Part shown: positions 9,796-19,077 of the stretch, piece after piece
Layout: every line of letters starts with the position of its first letter
How positions within the stretch are numbered: position 1 is the stretch's first letter
NCBI GenBank assembly: GCA_965661285.1
Contig: CBFIDD010000003.1
Location: 1-64,000 of the forward strand
From: Poseidonia sp.
GTDB taxonomy: Archaea > Thermoplasmatota > Poseidoniia > Poseidoniales > Poseidoniaceae
DNA: 64,000 bases
Reading direction: 5' to 3'
Program-made: the position numbers and the translations under genes
Notes under the pieces: model-generated
What the model was told of the DNA's origin: nothing
Databases searched by the model: none
What the model saw: the letters and a program-made list of their open reading frames with translations, nothing else

Positions 9796-11076
9796 ATGTC
9801 GCTTGACGACCAAGCGCTCAAAGACCACTACCGAGAACATGCCATTGACCTCTCCTGGCTTGACAAACCCAGCCAACACGTGTTTCGATGGCGAACCACC
9901 GAAAACCGCTGGCTCACCGCCAAACGACGTGTCCGAGACCATGCCACGTTTCTCAAGGCCATCCGCAACAGCGCTCCTCGCGACGTCTACGTCTCAACGG
10001 CCTCCTGGCTCAACCCGATTGACCTCCCTCGCTTGAGGGACGACCCCGAAATCTACCCCGTGCTCCTGAATCATTTCGTGGTCTTCGACATCGATGTTGC
10101 TCCTTTTTCTATAGAAAATTTGGCCGGGGCCAAATCCATCGCCTGCGCATTGATGGGATGGCTTGAAGAACACGAAAACCTCGACCTCCGAAGCGTTTCA
10201 TTCTCGGGCTCCAAGGGCTTCCACCTCATCTACGACGACCCCGACAGGGAGGCGTTCGCCATCGCTGACCCCAAAGAGCGAGAACTGGCCGTCAAGGCAC
10301 AACGCAAGGCCCTGCTGGACCGTGTGGTCGAGGCTGGCTTTGCCGTCGACACCAAGGTGACCGCCGACACGCGCCGTATTCTCCGTCTTCCCGGCAGTCT
10401 TCATGGCAGCACCGGATATGCATGCACCCGCATCACCGTTGAGGCACTGAACGGCCCGCTGGAGGACCTGTTGAGCACGCTCTACCGGCACCCCTCGGCT
10501 GACGAGATCCCACAACGGGTTGACCCACCACCTGTTCAAACGAGCAACAAACCAGAGCCGAAGCCCGCAACCCAACCTGCTGAACCTTGGTTCAAGCTTC
10601 GAGTGAACACCCACGTGCAGGGGACGAAGAACCGCCATGTGTTGATGATGTGGCTGCCAAAATCGTGGGGTGCCCCGCTCAAGGCCATGGACCGTGCTCT
10701 CGAATGGATTGAACACGACAACCTCGGCCCCTGCAGTTTTTGGCGCCACAACAAGCGCGTGCTGATGCTCTGCCCGCTGGCGATTCCTCGTCCAAAACTC
10801 GTGAAGATGTACAAGCGCCGTGGCCTGCCGCTGTCCCAATCAAAGTTGAAGCAACGTGAGCACCAGTGGACGTCGCTAACCCCACCGGAAGTGAACGGCA
10901 TCGAGGAAGCCGAGCCGGAATTGATGGGCATGTACGGCGTGGCGTATGAGGGTGTACCGCTGTATTCGCGTCAGCATCTGGAACTCGAACGGCGGCTCGG
11001 CGTTCATCGAGAACTCCCGGCTCACGAACTCTGCGGCCAGGCCGAACCGACCTTTGACATCGTGTCCATGTCGTGA
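9796..11076 (+). CDS. Archaeo-eukaryotic primase (PriS-like) catalytic domain with C-terminal extra domain
   Basis: AEP motifs VFDID, SGSKGFH and D..RILRLPGSLH, then a Pro-rich linker and about 160 further residues. Confidence 0.8.
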   Translation: MSLDDQALKDHYREHAIDLSWLDKPSQHVFRWRTTENRWLTAKRRVRDHATFLKAIRNSAPRDVYVSTASWLNPIDLPRLRDDPEIYPVLLNHFVVFDIDVAPFSIENLAGAKSIACALMGWLEEHENLDLRSVSFSGSKGFHLIYDDPDREAFAIADPKERELAVKAQRKALLDRVVEAGFAVDTKVTADTRRILRLPGSLHGSTGYACTRITVEALNGPLEDLLSTLYRHPSADEIPQRVDPPPVQTSNKPEPKPATQPAEPWFKLRVNTHVQGTKNRHVLMMWLPKSWGAPLKAMDRALEWIEHDNLGPCSFWRHNKRVLMLCPLAIPRPKLVKMYKRRGLPLSQSKLKQREHQWTSLTPPEVNGIEEAEPELMGMYGVAYEGVPLYSRQHLELERRLGVHRELPAHELCGQAEPTFDIVSMS

Positions 11077-11169
11077 ATATTTATTTACCGTCAATCTTTA
11101 ATTTTGGTCGTCCTCAATGGAGTCTTCGGACAATGACACCTGCTTGGAGCACCTAGCCATGACATGCTC

Positions 11170-11200
11170 GGCCATGGCGCCTGAGGACGGCGCCATGGCC
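11170..11200. repeat. Perfect 12-bp GC-rich inverted repeat (hairpin)
   Basis: GGCCATGGCGCC (11170-11181), 7-nt loop, GGCGCCATGGCC (11189-11200), in the intergenic gap. Confidence 0.8.
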
Positions 11201-11240
11201 ACTCTTCATTGGAGGGAGCCACACATTCGAATCGGAGGGT

Positions 11241-12029
11241 TTGACACTGCTTGACCCAAACGACCGGAGAGGTCGGTCTCACGCTGGGGCACGAAAATTT
11301 AATGTCGCTGCAAAACTGTTTTTGTCTGTAATCATTGCGCTGGCCGGCCTCCCTGTGTTGGTCATCGGGTTCATGATAAGCGCTGTTGAGCCCATTCTCA
11401 TCGGAAGTTGCTTCTTTCTTCCACTTGCGCTCACAATATTCAGCATCCTTCGAAAAGAAGGAACTGAGTTGTTGCAGGATCCAAACAGTATGTTGAACCG
11501 GCCGGTAGGAGGAGGAAGAAAGGGCCCCGCGATGGGGAGCATGCCCGTACAGATGGCTGGACGAGGGTCAAGACTTGACCGATACCAGTCGGTCATGTTC
11601 AGATTGCGACTGGCGCCCACCAGTGGCCAAACGACGACATCGCTCATGGTGCAACACAAACACTGGTTCAACGGGGGCGAGAAAGCCGCACGCGCCTTTT
11701 TCAATCATCCACAAGTCGTCAAGGCCCTTGATTTGGGTGGCAACAACGACACAACCCCCAAGAACACCAAGGCCTCATCAAGACCACGGAAAACAGCACG
11801 AAGGAAGGCCAAACCAGCAGGAAAAACGACCGATTTGAACAACGACGCCTTTTGGGGAAACCTTGAGCAAAAGGCTGCCAGCTCCGTTCCTGCGGCCGAT
11901 GGTGAGTGCGGCATGGTTCAATGTTCCAACGAAGTCAATGCCTTCAGCTTCCAGTGCTTCGAATGCCGTCGTCGAATTTGCGCCTCTTGCGGGAACAACG
12001 GTGTGTTGTGCCATACGTGCGCCTCATAG
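11241..12029 (+). CDS. Hypothetical protein: two N-terminal TM helices, basic linker, C-terminal Cys-rich zinc finger
   Basis: TTG start preceded by GGAGG; C-terminus CGMVQC...CFEC...CASC...CHTC. Confidence 0.65.
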   Translation: MTLLDPNDRRGRSHAGARKFNVAAKLFLSVIIALAGLPVLVIGFMISAVEPILIGSCFFLPLALTIFSILRKEGTELLQDPNSMLNRPVGGGRKGPAMGSMPVQMAGRGSRLDRYQSVMFRLRLAPTSGQTTTSLMVQHKHWFNGGEKAARAFFNHPQVVKALDLGGNNDTTPKNTKASSRPRKTARRKAKPAGKTTDLNNDAFWGNLEQKAASSVPAADGECGMVQCSNEVNAFSFQCFECRRRICASCGNNGVLCHTCAS

Positions 12030-14795
12030 GTAGAGGCTCTTGCGGTGAAGCGTCGCCTCAGGGGTCATGCCGCTGGCTTGGACCTGTTCGAGGCGGAATT
12101 TCCCTTCTTTGTTGTGCGCATAGAAGAGTTCGCTCTCGCTGAATTTCTCGTCCCAATGTCGTTTGAACACCTCGGCCTTCGCCTTCGAACTGGCAAGGGC
12201 CGACGGTACGTTGTGAAACATCACCAAATGTTGACGATGCGGGCGGATGTATTTCGCCAACACCTCGGGAAGCAATCTCGTGAGCCACGTCTCATAAGGG
12301 AACAGCGCCGCTCGGGAAATCACGTACCTCGGGTTCTCAAGTGGTGAGAGCACCTCTTCGAGACACTTCGAAAAGAGGGTGGCTTCTTCTGCTGTGGAAT
12401 TCGCAAGGTGCATTCGAATCCAGCCCCCTCCTCGGTCTCCACCTGCCGCCTCAGTAGCTGGCGCCAACTGGTTGGTTTCAATGAGCGCACTCACAATGAC
12501 CTCGCTGATGGCAATGGTCAGCGATTCATCGTTCCAAGGGCTACCGGGTTCGGACATACCGATTCCCTCACTCGGGGCCAGTTTCTTTTCCACGGCATCC
12601 TTGGGTTTGGCGTTGAACGGCTGGCCGATACCCCAGAGCTCACGAGTCCGAGCGCGCATCTTGGACCGCTTCAACATCTCTTCGTTGAACATCGCCATGC
12701 CCTCGTGAACCCCGATCGGTTTGGCGCTCACGAACGCCGGGTGAACGTGGCCTGGGCCCTTCTCAATGGCGCCGTCATCGCCGACCCCGTACAGCTGCTT
12801 GTGTTTTCGTTTGAAGCGTTTGTAATCACTGAAACCTGAATCAAATTCATCGGCCAGGCAAATGACGTCCCAGTTGTTGGCCACCTTCTCGGGCCAATGT
12901 TTGTCCAAACGAATGCTGCGGCCTCGAAGTTGGTTGATGCTCATGTTCGTGGTCACGGACGTCAGGTCGATCAGCACGTTGATGCGCGAAGCGTCCCATC
13001 CCTCGCCCATGAGCCCACGCGTACCGATGAGACATCGAGTGAAACCTTCTTGGAAAAATTCGGTGATCATGGTGGAATAGTGACGTGGCACCCAGTCCTT
13101 TCCTGAACCGGAAATCTCGTGGTAGCGACCCGAGACCACATCGCTGAGATTTATTTTCAAACGGCGTTCTGCAATCCATGCTCGCGCTTTTTCAAGAAAG
13201 GCCTCTGCCAAGTCGTCGTCCACCAACACGGTGCTGCCCGTCATCAAGATGGGGTCGAGCATGTCACCGGCCGGGCACGCGACCAAGTGGCGGAAGGCGG
13301 CGACGGCCCCCCCGGCCTCTTCGTCAAGCACATCGTCGACGAGCAATGTTGAGGAGGTCTTCTCAAAATCAGTGATCACCACGGCTCGAATGATGTTGCC
13401 GAGGTTTTGCATTTCTTCTCCGAGGATGGTGCTCAGCGCTTCGCATTTGGCGTTACTGTAGGCAAGAATCCGGTTGATGGGGGAGGCGCATTGTTGCCAG
13501 CCGGTTTCTGTGATTTGCCACCCAAGCAAGCGGTAGTGAAGAGCGGTGCGCTCGGCTTTGGCTTGGTCGTTGGTGTTGCTTGACAGACGCAGCCCAAGAC
13601 GAACATACTCTGAGATGATATGCACTAACGTATCGCTGCGGTGATTTGTTGTAAACTCCAGGCCGTGGTCCCCCTTGAGCTGCTCGTCCGAGAGGGGAGG
13701 AACACCAGGTGGTAGGTCCCTGCCTTGAATCATCAAATATTCTCTGTGAATTTGACGAATGTGGCGTTGTTCCCTTTCGGTGTGCTCGTGCCAAGGGTAA
13801 GCCTGGAGTTCTTGTTCAATCCACTCGGTCAGCGGCAGGATGGCGCCTTCACCTTCCGAGGACTCGTTGAGTTGGTCAACGATGCTGTCGAAGGTCTCGT
13901 TCACGTCTCGGATAAACTCAAATTCCTTTCGGGCAGGTCGGACGAAATAGCACAGGTCCTGGTAGGGTGCAAGGTTCGAGTCCCTTACCAGTGCGGGAAC
14001 CGGTACCTCGTAGTCAATCTCACCTAGGAAATCCATGTACCGCTCCGCATCCTCGTCCTTAGCACCATCAAGATCCGGCGGCGTTGCAGTGAGGCCAAGG
14101 ACGATGGGGTCGTCAAAGAATTCTTTCAGTTGATGAAGCACTCGGCCCCAATGGTGGAGCAGGTGATGACACTCGTCGAGAATGATGAGCCCGATGCCGG
14201 CCTCTTTCAGTCGAAGCAGCGTTGTGCGCGAAGATTCATGCAAGGTCCAGAGAGCATTGCCGTTCTTTGCGTAGTCATCCCGGACCTTCTTTCTGTACAC
14301 CTTCAAGCGCTGGCCAAAATAGGTTGGATTCTTCTCTTCCAAGTCGGCAATCCATGTCTCAGCTGAAGAGATGTCGCTCGCCTCCTCTTTTTCCACCAAC
14401 TTTTCCGCCCACAGCATCAAGGCGGATTCATCCAAACCCTCGCCGCCACGTTTTGGCATGGTCACCGATTGGTAGGTCAGTGAGGTCAACAAGCCGGGTC
14501 GCTGCGGGTCAATGCTGACTTGGTCATCCTTCCCGTCGAGGTCGAACAGGTCGGTTCGGGCGGCCCACTGCGCTTGAATCGCAGAGTTGGGCGAGAGGAC
14601 CAGGGCCGGTTTGCGGACCAAGTCCGCCCAGACATAGAGCCCAAGCACGGTTTTGCCTGAACCCGGCGGGGCGACGATGTGCAGCCGTTTTTCGTCTGCA
14701 TTGAGTTGGGGTTGAATGACCGAGACAGCCGCAACCTGCGAGGGACGAAGTGTACCGTCGAATCGAATGTTCCCAAAGTCGGCTTCGCCGCTCAA
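12024..14795 (-). CDS. SF2 DEAD/DEAH-box helicase (ResIII/SSL2-like)
   Basis: Q motif LRPSQ, Walker A APPGSGKT, DECHH, TATPP, GEGWD and QLRGRSIR; GAGGTGA upstream of the TTG start. Confidence 0.9.
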   Translation of the reverse strand: MSGEADFGNIRFDGTLRPSQVAAVSVIQPQLNADEKRLHIVAPPGSGKTVLGLYVWADLVRKPALVLSPNSAIQAQWAARTDLFDLDGKDDQVSIDPQRPGLLTSLTYQSVTMPKRGGEGLDESALMLWAEKLVEKEEASDISSAETWIADLEEKNPTYFGQRLKVYRKKVRDDYAKNGNALWTLHESSRTTLLRLKEAGIGLIILDECHHLLHHWGRVLHQLKEFFDDPIVLGLTATPPDLDGAKDEDAERYMDFLGEIDYEVPVPALVRDSNLAPYQDLCYFVRPARKEFEFIRDVNETFDSIVDQLNESSEGEGAILPLTEWIEQELQAYPWHEHTEREQRHIRQIHREYLMIQGRDLPPGVPPLSDEQLKGDHGLEFTTNHRSDTLVHIISEYVRLGLRLSSNTNDQAKAERTALHYRLLGWQITETGWQQCASPINRILAYSNAKCEALSTILGEEMQNLGNIIRAVVITDFEKTSSTLLVDDVLDEEAGGAVAAFRHLVACPAGDMLDPILMTGSTVLVDDDLAEAFLEKARAWIAERRLKINLSDVVSGRYHEISGSGKDWVPRHYSTMITEFFQEGFTRCLIGTRGLMGEGWDASRINVLIDLTSVTTNMSINQLRGRSIRLDKHWPEKVANNWDVICLADEFDSGFSDYKRFKRKHKQLYGVGDDGAIEKGPGHVHPAFVSAKPIGVHEGMAMFNEEMLKRSKMRARTRELWGIGQPFNAKPKDAVEKKLAPSEGIGMSEPGSPWNDESLTIAISEVIVSALIETNQLAPATEAAGGDRGGGWIRMHLANSTAEEATLFSKCLEEVLSPLENPRYVISRAALFPYETWLTRLLPEVLAKYIRPHRQHLVMFHNVPSALASSKAKAEVFKRHWDEKFSESELFYAHNKEGKFRLEQVQASGMTPEATLHRKSLYL

Positions 14796-14807
14796 GGTTC
14801 AATCACC

Positions 14808-16475
14808 TCATCGGCCGGGCGGACCTCGTTTTGGACCGCCGGGGGGACCCTTCTTTTTGGGGCCGGGAGGACCTCGTTTTGGGCCGCCGGGGGGACCCTT
14901 CTTTTTGGGACCGGGAGGACCGCCAGGGCCGCTCTTCTTCGGACCGCCGGGGGGACCGCCAGGGGGACTGCTTTCCTTCGGACCGGGAGGACCGCCGGGA
15001 CCGCCTTTCTTCGGACCGCCGGGGGGACCCTTCTTTTTGGGACCGGGAGGACCGCCGGGACCGCCTTTCTTAGGACCGCCAGGAGGACCGCTCTTCTTCG
15101 GGCCGGGAGGACCGCCAGGACCGCCTTTCTTCGGACCGCCGGGAGGGCCCTTCTTTTTGCGACCGGGAGGACCGCCAGGACCGCTTTTCTTCGGACCGCC
15201 GGGAGGGCCCCTCTTCTTCGGGCCGGGTGGGCCGCCGCTCTTCTTTGGACCCGGGGGGCCGCCTTTCTTCGGGCCGGGTGGGCCACCCCGCAAAGGAGCC
15301 GGTTCGTCTTCTTCCTCCTCTTCGTCTTCGAACATGGCACCGCAGTGTGGACAGACCGGGTCGCTTTCCTTCACCAGACCATCACAGATTTCACAAGCAA
15401 ACATTTCCTCATCTGAGGCTTCTTCACCAATCTTCTCTGTTTTCCCGTCCTTTGAGCGGAACATGGTGATGCTGCAGGATAAATCAAAACCTTTCAGCGC
15501 GAGTTCGGTTTGAATGGCGTGCTCAAAGGCTTGAGTGAGATCGTCGGGCGAGTCCAAAACACGCCCATCATCCACATACGTGATGTTGACCTCAAACAGG
15601 TCGTCGGCCAATTTTGTTTGAGGCGCCTCTACGGCAACCCCTCGCTTCCGAGCAACACGGCGAACGGCGACCTCGGAAATGCGGCGTAGAAGGGCTTCAT
15701 TTGGAGCGTCTTCTGCGGGTGTACCAAGAGCTCCAGCCATGATGTCGGCCGCAGGATTGCTGGTTTCGCTGCCACGAAGGTGGGCAGGCAGTTCACCTCC
15801 ACCGAGATTTGCGAGGACGGAGGAGGCTGGTGACTGGTTCATCGAAAGCCATTGATTCCGACGCTCGTCTTTCACTGCTCGTTCGGCTTGAGCCAAGCGA
15901 TTCACCATGGCGTCTGTAGGAGAATTCGCAGGGTTTTGGGCGACTTTTGTGCCCCCGGCAGACAATGGCGAGACATTGTTCGAAGTCGGCAAGGCGCCGC
16001 TGCCAATGGACGGGCCACGTTGGGGAGTTGGCATGTCGTTCATCGGTGCCTGCACATTGGTTGGCATGACGTTGCCATGTTGTGGAGGAAGCTGACCGGG
16101 AGGGAATTGGTTTGGCTGGGCCTGGTTGGGCTGGATTTGGTTCGGCGGGTATTGATTGGGAGGAAATCCGCCTTGAATTGGATGCTGGGGGTAGGTGCCC
16201 GGTGGCAGGTTTTGTTGCTGATGAATCCCTTGTGCCATGCCTTGGAGCATGTCGGGGGGCACCTGCCCCATCTGGTTCATGTTGTTTTCTTGCTGCATGC
16301 GTTGTGCCTGTCCCGATACGGGGTCAAACGAGCGTTGCTGAGGAGGGAAGGGAGGGATGGCTTGGTTTGGTGGGGGGGCGAAGCCACCTGCGACCGAAGT
16401 GTCTTGCCGAGCACCGCATTCGGGGCAGAACATGCTGTCTGCTGGAATCTGCTCCCCACAGGCATTGCAGTTCAT
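14808..16475 (-). CDS. Double zinc-ribbon protein with P/Q-rich region and Gly-Pro-Lys repeat tail
   Basis: N-terminal CNAC...CPEC, internal CEIC...CPHC, acidic run, then about 160 aa of GPPGPKK/GPPGGPKK repeats. Confidence 0.8.
   Translation of the reverse strand: MNCNACGEQIPADSMFCPECGARQDTSVAGGFAPPPNQAIPPFPPQQRSFDPVSGQAQRMQQENNMNQMGQVPPDMLQGMAQGIHQQQNLPPGTYPQHPIQGGFPPNQYPPNQIQPNQAQPNQFPPGQLPPQHGNVMPTNVQAPMNDMPTPQRGPSIGSGALPTSNNVSPLSAGGTKVAQNPANSPTDAMVNRLAQAERAVKDERRNQWLSMNQSPASSVLANLGGGELPAHLRGSETSNPAADIMAGALGTPAEDAPNEALLRRISEVAVRRVARKRGVAVEAPQTKLADDLFEVNITYVDDGRVLDSPDDLTQAFEHAIQTELALKGFDLSCSITMFRSKDGKTEKIGEEASDEEMFACEICDGLVKESDPVCPHCGAMFEDEEEEEDEPAPLRGGPPGPKKGGPPGPKKSGGPPGPKKRGPPGGPKKSGPGGPPGRKKKGPPGGPKKGGPGGPPGPKKSGPPGGPKKGGPGGPPGPKKKGPPGGPKKGGPGGPPGPKESSPPGGPPGGPKKSGPGGPPGPKKKGPPGGPKRGPPGPKKKGPPGGPKRGPPGR
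14812..15290 (-). repeat. Imperfect in-frame tandem repeat (60-bp and 48-bp units) encoding GPGGPPGPKKKGPPGGPKKG-like units
   Basis: The 60-nt blocks starting at 15001, 15061, 15121 and 15181 are near-identical; many differences are at third codon positions. Confidence 0.9.
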
Positions 16476-16636
16476 GGTGTCACCCCCTCGCAGTGTTTGC
16501 TCAGGCTACTGTCCCTAAAGCATTGCGTCAAGATGCCCTCAAATCAGTCTGTCCGAGCCCAAACGGTGTCAGGTGGAAACGAAGGACGAATATCTTCATG
16601 CGGCAAAGGGTACTGGCAGGATTGGAGAGGGTTGAT

Positions 16637-17656
16637 GTGCCGGTTTTGGTCAATGAAAAAATCGACCGCCTTCTCGAGACCACCTCACGTTCCTTTTATC
16701 CCACACTGAAATATCTGCCCAAGAAAACACGGGGGCAGATTGGGCTGCTCTATCTTCTCGCCAGAGTTGCCGATACCATTGCCGATTCCAAGGTTGGTGA
16801 AACAGCGCTCCTCACCGATCATTTGACCGCCTACAACGATGCTGTTCAAGGTCGGAGTAAGGACCTGCCCGACCTCAGCGCCCTCGCCGATATCCAAACC
16901 AACGAACACGAGGCAGAACTCCTACGCAACGTGGTGGATGTCGTTGAAGGTCTCCAGGTGTACAATAACGAAGATCAACAACGCATGCTGGAATGCCTCG
17001 ACATCATTGTCGAGGGCCAACTGCTTGACCTTGCCCGATTCGGCCCAGCCAACGAAGGTGGAACCGTCTCTTCACTCAACAACGAGGAGGAACTCGATGA
17101 CTACACCTTCAGAGTCGCAGGCTGCGTCGGTGTGTTCTGGACGAAGATGTCGCTGGCGCACCTGATGAAACTCTCCCCCGAGGATGAGAAACTGTTCATT
17201 GAGCGCGGCATACGCTTTGGCAAAGCCTTGCAGATGATCAACATCCTTCGAGACATACCGGAAGACTTGCGATTTGGGAGGTGCTACATCCCAAAATCAT
17301 CGCTGGAGGAAGCGGGGCTCAAACCCGAGGAATTGCTTGACGACGAAAACCTCGCTGCCTTTCGCCCCCTGTACGACCGCTATTTGGATTTGACCAACGA
17401 GCATCTCGAAGCCGCAACGGCCTACATACGCATGATACCTGAAACCCAATTTCGGCTCAAGGCCTCGTGCATGTTGCCGGTTCTGGTCGGCCAGCGGACA
17501 GTCACGCTTCTACGAGAGGGAAACATCCTCAATTCCCAAGAGCGAATCAAAGTCACCCGCGACGAGATGAAGACCTATGCTCGTAAATTACTCCGAGCAC
17601 TCATTATCCCGGGAGGCGTAAAACGACTTCTTGAAAAGAACAGGGACAAGTCATGA
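16637..17656 (+). CDS. Squalene synthase-like head-to-head isoprenyl synthase
   Basis: TSRSF flap motif, YLLARVADTIAD, YTFRVAGCVG and LQMINILRDIPED.RFGRCY. GTG at 16637 follows GGAGAGG; ATG at 16598 is an alternative. Confidence 0.85.
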   Translation: MPVLVNEKIDRLLETTSRSFYPTLKYLPKKTRGQIGLLYLLARVADTIADSKVGETALLTDHLTAYNDAVQGRSKDLPDLSALADIQTNEHEAELLRNVVDVVEGLQVYNNEDQQRMLECLDIIVEGQLLDLARFGPANEGGTVSSLNNEEELDDYTFRVAGCVGVFWTKMSLAHLMKLSPEDEKLFIERGIRFGKALQMINILRDIPEDLRFGRCYIPKSSLEEAGLKPEELLDDENLAAFRPLYDRYLDLTNEHLEAATAYIRMIPETQFRLKASCMLPVLVGQRTVTLLREGNILNSQERIKVTRDEMKTYARKLLRALIIPGGVKRLLEKNRDKS

Positions 17657-17775
17657 TTCTATAGAATCTAATGAGAGAGTGAATTCCTACTTACATCGCC
17701 CTGTTCTCTGCTCAAGCGTCCACGCTTTTGAGGCGAGGTCTCATAAACAAAGGATGCAAGGGCTGGCCGGTTAGG

Positions 17776-19074
17776 ATGCTTGAACGCCGCAAACCGCTCG
17801 ATTTGCTCTTCCCGCTCAAAGGGAATGCATCGAGCAGAAACGGCGAGGAAGAGGTCCGACCTCCGACCACGCTTGACCGGCTTCGAGCAGGTGTGACCCT
17901 CGCTCGGGATGCCGTCAAGGCCGTCAGCGTAACGGCCATGGAGGCGCTCAAAGAAGGTGCATCGTTCATCGGCATCGTGGGTGAAACGAACGAGTTGGTC
18001 GACCCGTTTGCTCACCTGGATGCACCTATTTGGTCGGAAAAACCTCCCGCTGAATTGCACAAACTGGCCTATCGCTACTGTGAAGAACTGACCATGAGGG
18101 AAGCGGGCAATTTCTACCACTCTTTCAAGTATCTGCCCGACGAACAACGCTTGGCCATGTGCGCCATCTACGCCTTCTGCCGTCGAGCAGACGACATCGC
18201 CGACGGTGATTGGGCCGATCGATTCCCCGGCAGCAAAGGCGAGTTGGACCCTGAAGCCACGGCCTACCGTAACCAACTGGAATCGCTGCAAGACCGAGGA
18301 ACGATCCTTGACGAGGAAGCCTACCTCAACAAGATCACACAACTCTTCTTTTTCCGGAAAAAATTGTCCACCTGCTACGGCGATGTGCATTCCACGGACC
18401 CCGTGTTCCTCGCCCTCAAAGATACTGTCCAGCGCTACAACATTCCTCGAGAAGTCTTTGACGACCTCATCTCCGGCATGGAAGACGACCTCTACAACAA
18501 CCGCTATCGTACCTTCGACGAGCTTTACGTCTACTGCTACCGTGTTGCATCCGTTGTGGGCCTGATGTGCATTGAGGTGTACGGCTACGACAATCCCATG
18601 GCACGGAAATACGCAGAATCATGGGGTATTTTCATGCAACTGACCAACGTGTTGCGAGACGTTGGTGAAGATATCCAGCGAGACCGAGTCTATCTGCCGC
18701 TCGACGAACTTGAACGAAACGACATGACCGAGGAGGAACTCGACGGGAAAATCGTCCTCAACAAGCACTGGGAGCCCTATTGCCGACAATATGCCGCCCG
18801 AGCCCGAACCTACCTCGAAGAAGCTCGGGCCCTCCTGCCACTGCTTCCTCGACGAACCCGATACTCACCTGCTGCCATGATCGCCTTCTACGATAAGATC
18901 CTGCGCCAAATTGAGAAGCAGCAGGGCGATGTGTTCACCAAGCGCGTCAAACTCAACAAGGTACAGAAGATTTCGCTCGCAGCAGCTGTTTACCTGCGAC
19001 ATCGCTTCCTTCCAGGCTTCCTCGACCCTGTTTGGGGAGCGCTCGCTCGTGTTGGTGTCCTGCCCAGTGTTTGA
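17776..19074 (+). CDS. Phytoene/presqualene diphosphate synthase (CrtB/HpnD-like)
   Basis: NFYHSF, YAFCRRADDIAD, GMEDDL, YCYRVASVVG and QLTNVLRDVGED...RVYLP motifs. Confidence 0.88.
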   Translation: MLERRKPLDLLFPLKGNASSRNGEEEVRPPTTLDRLRAGVTLARDAVKAVSVTAMEALKEGASFIGIVGETNELVDPFAHLDAPIWSEKPPAELHKLAYRYCEELTMREAGNFYHSFKYLPDEQRLAMCAIYAFCRRADDIADGDWADRFPGSKGELDPEATAYRNQLESLQDRGTILDEEAYLNKITQLFFFRKKLSTCYGDVHSTDPVFLALKDTVQRYNIPREVFDDLISGMEDDLYNNRYRTFDELYVYCYRVASVVGLMCIEVYGYDNPMARKYAESWGIFMQLTNVLRDVGEDIQRDRVYLPLDELERNDMTEEELDGKIVLNKHWEPYCRQYAARARTYLEEARALLPLLPRRTRYSPAAMIAFYDKILRQIEKQQGDVFTKRVKLNKVQKISLAAAVYLRHRFLPGFLDPVWGALARVGVLPSV

Positions 19075-19077
19075 GCC

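Noticed and set aside
8797-9942. 381-aa minus-strand ORF
   Set aside because: Antisense shadow of sucD, as expected from codon bias in GC-rich DNA.
14679-15513. Plus-strand repeat ORFs (GPGGPPFF and RTAGG types) and CRISPR-like appearance of the repeat
   Set aside because: These are alternative frames of the coding repeat. There are no unique spacers between units, so it is not a CRISPR array.
16082-16597. N-terminal extension of the first isoprenoid synthase
   Set aside because: Mostly overlaps the divergent Zn-ribbon gene; family similarity begins near 16637.
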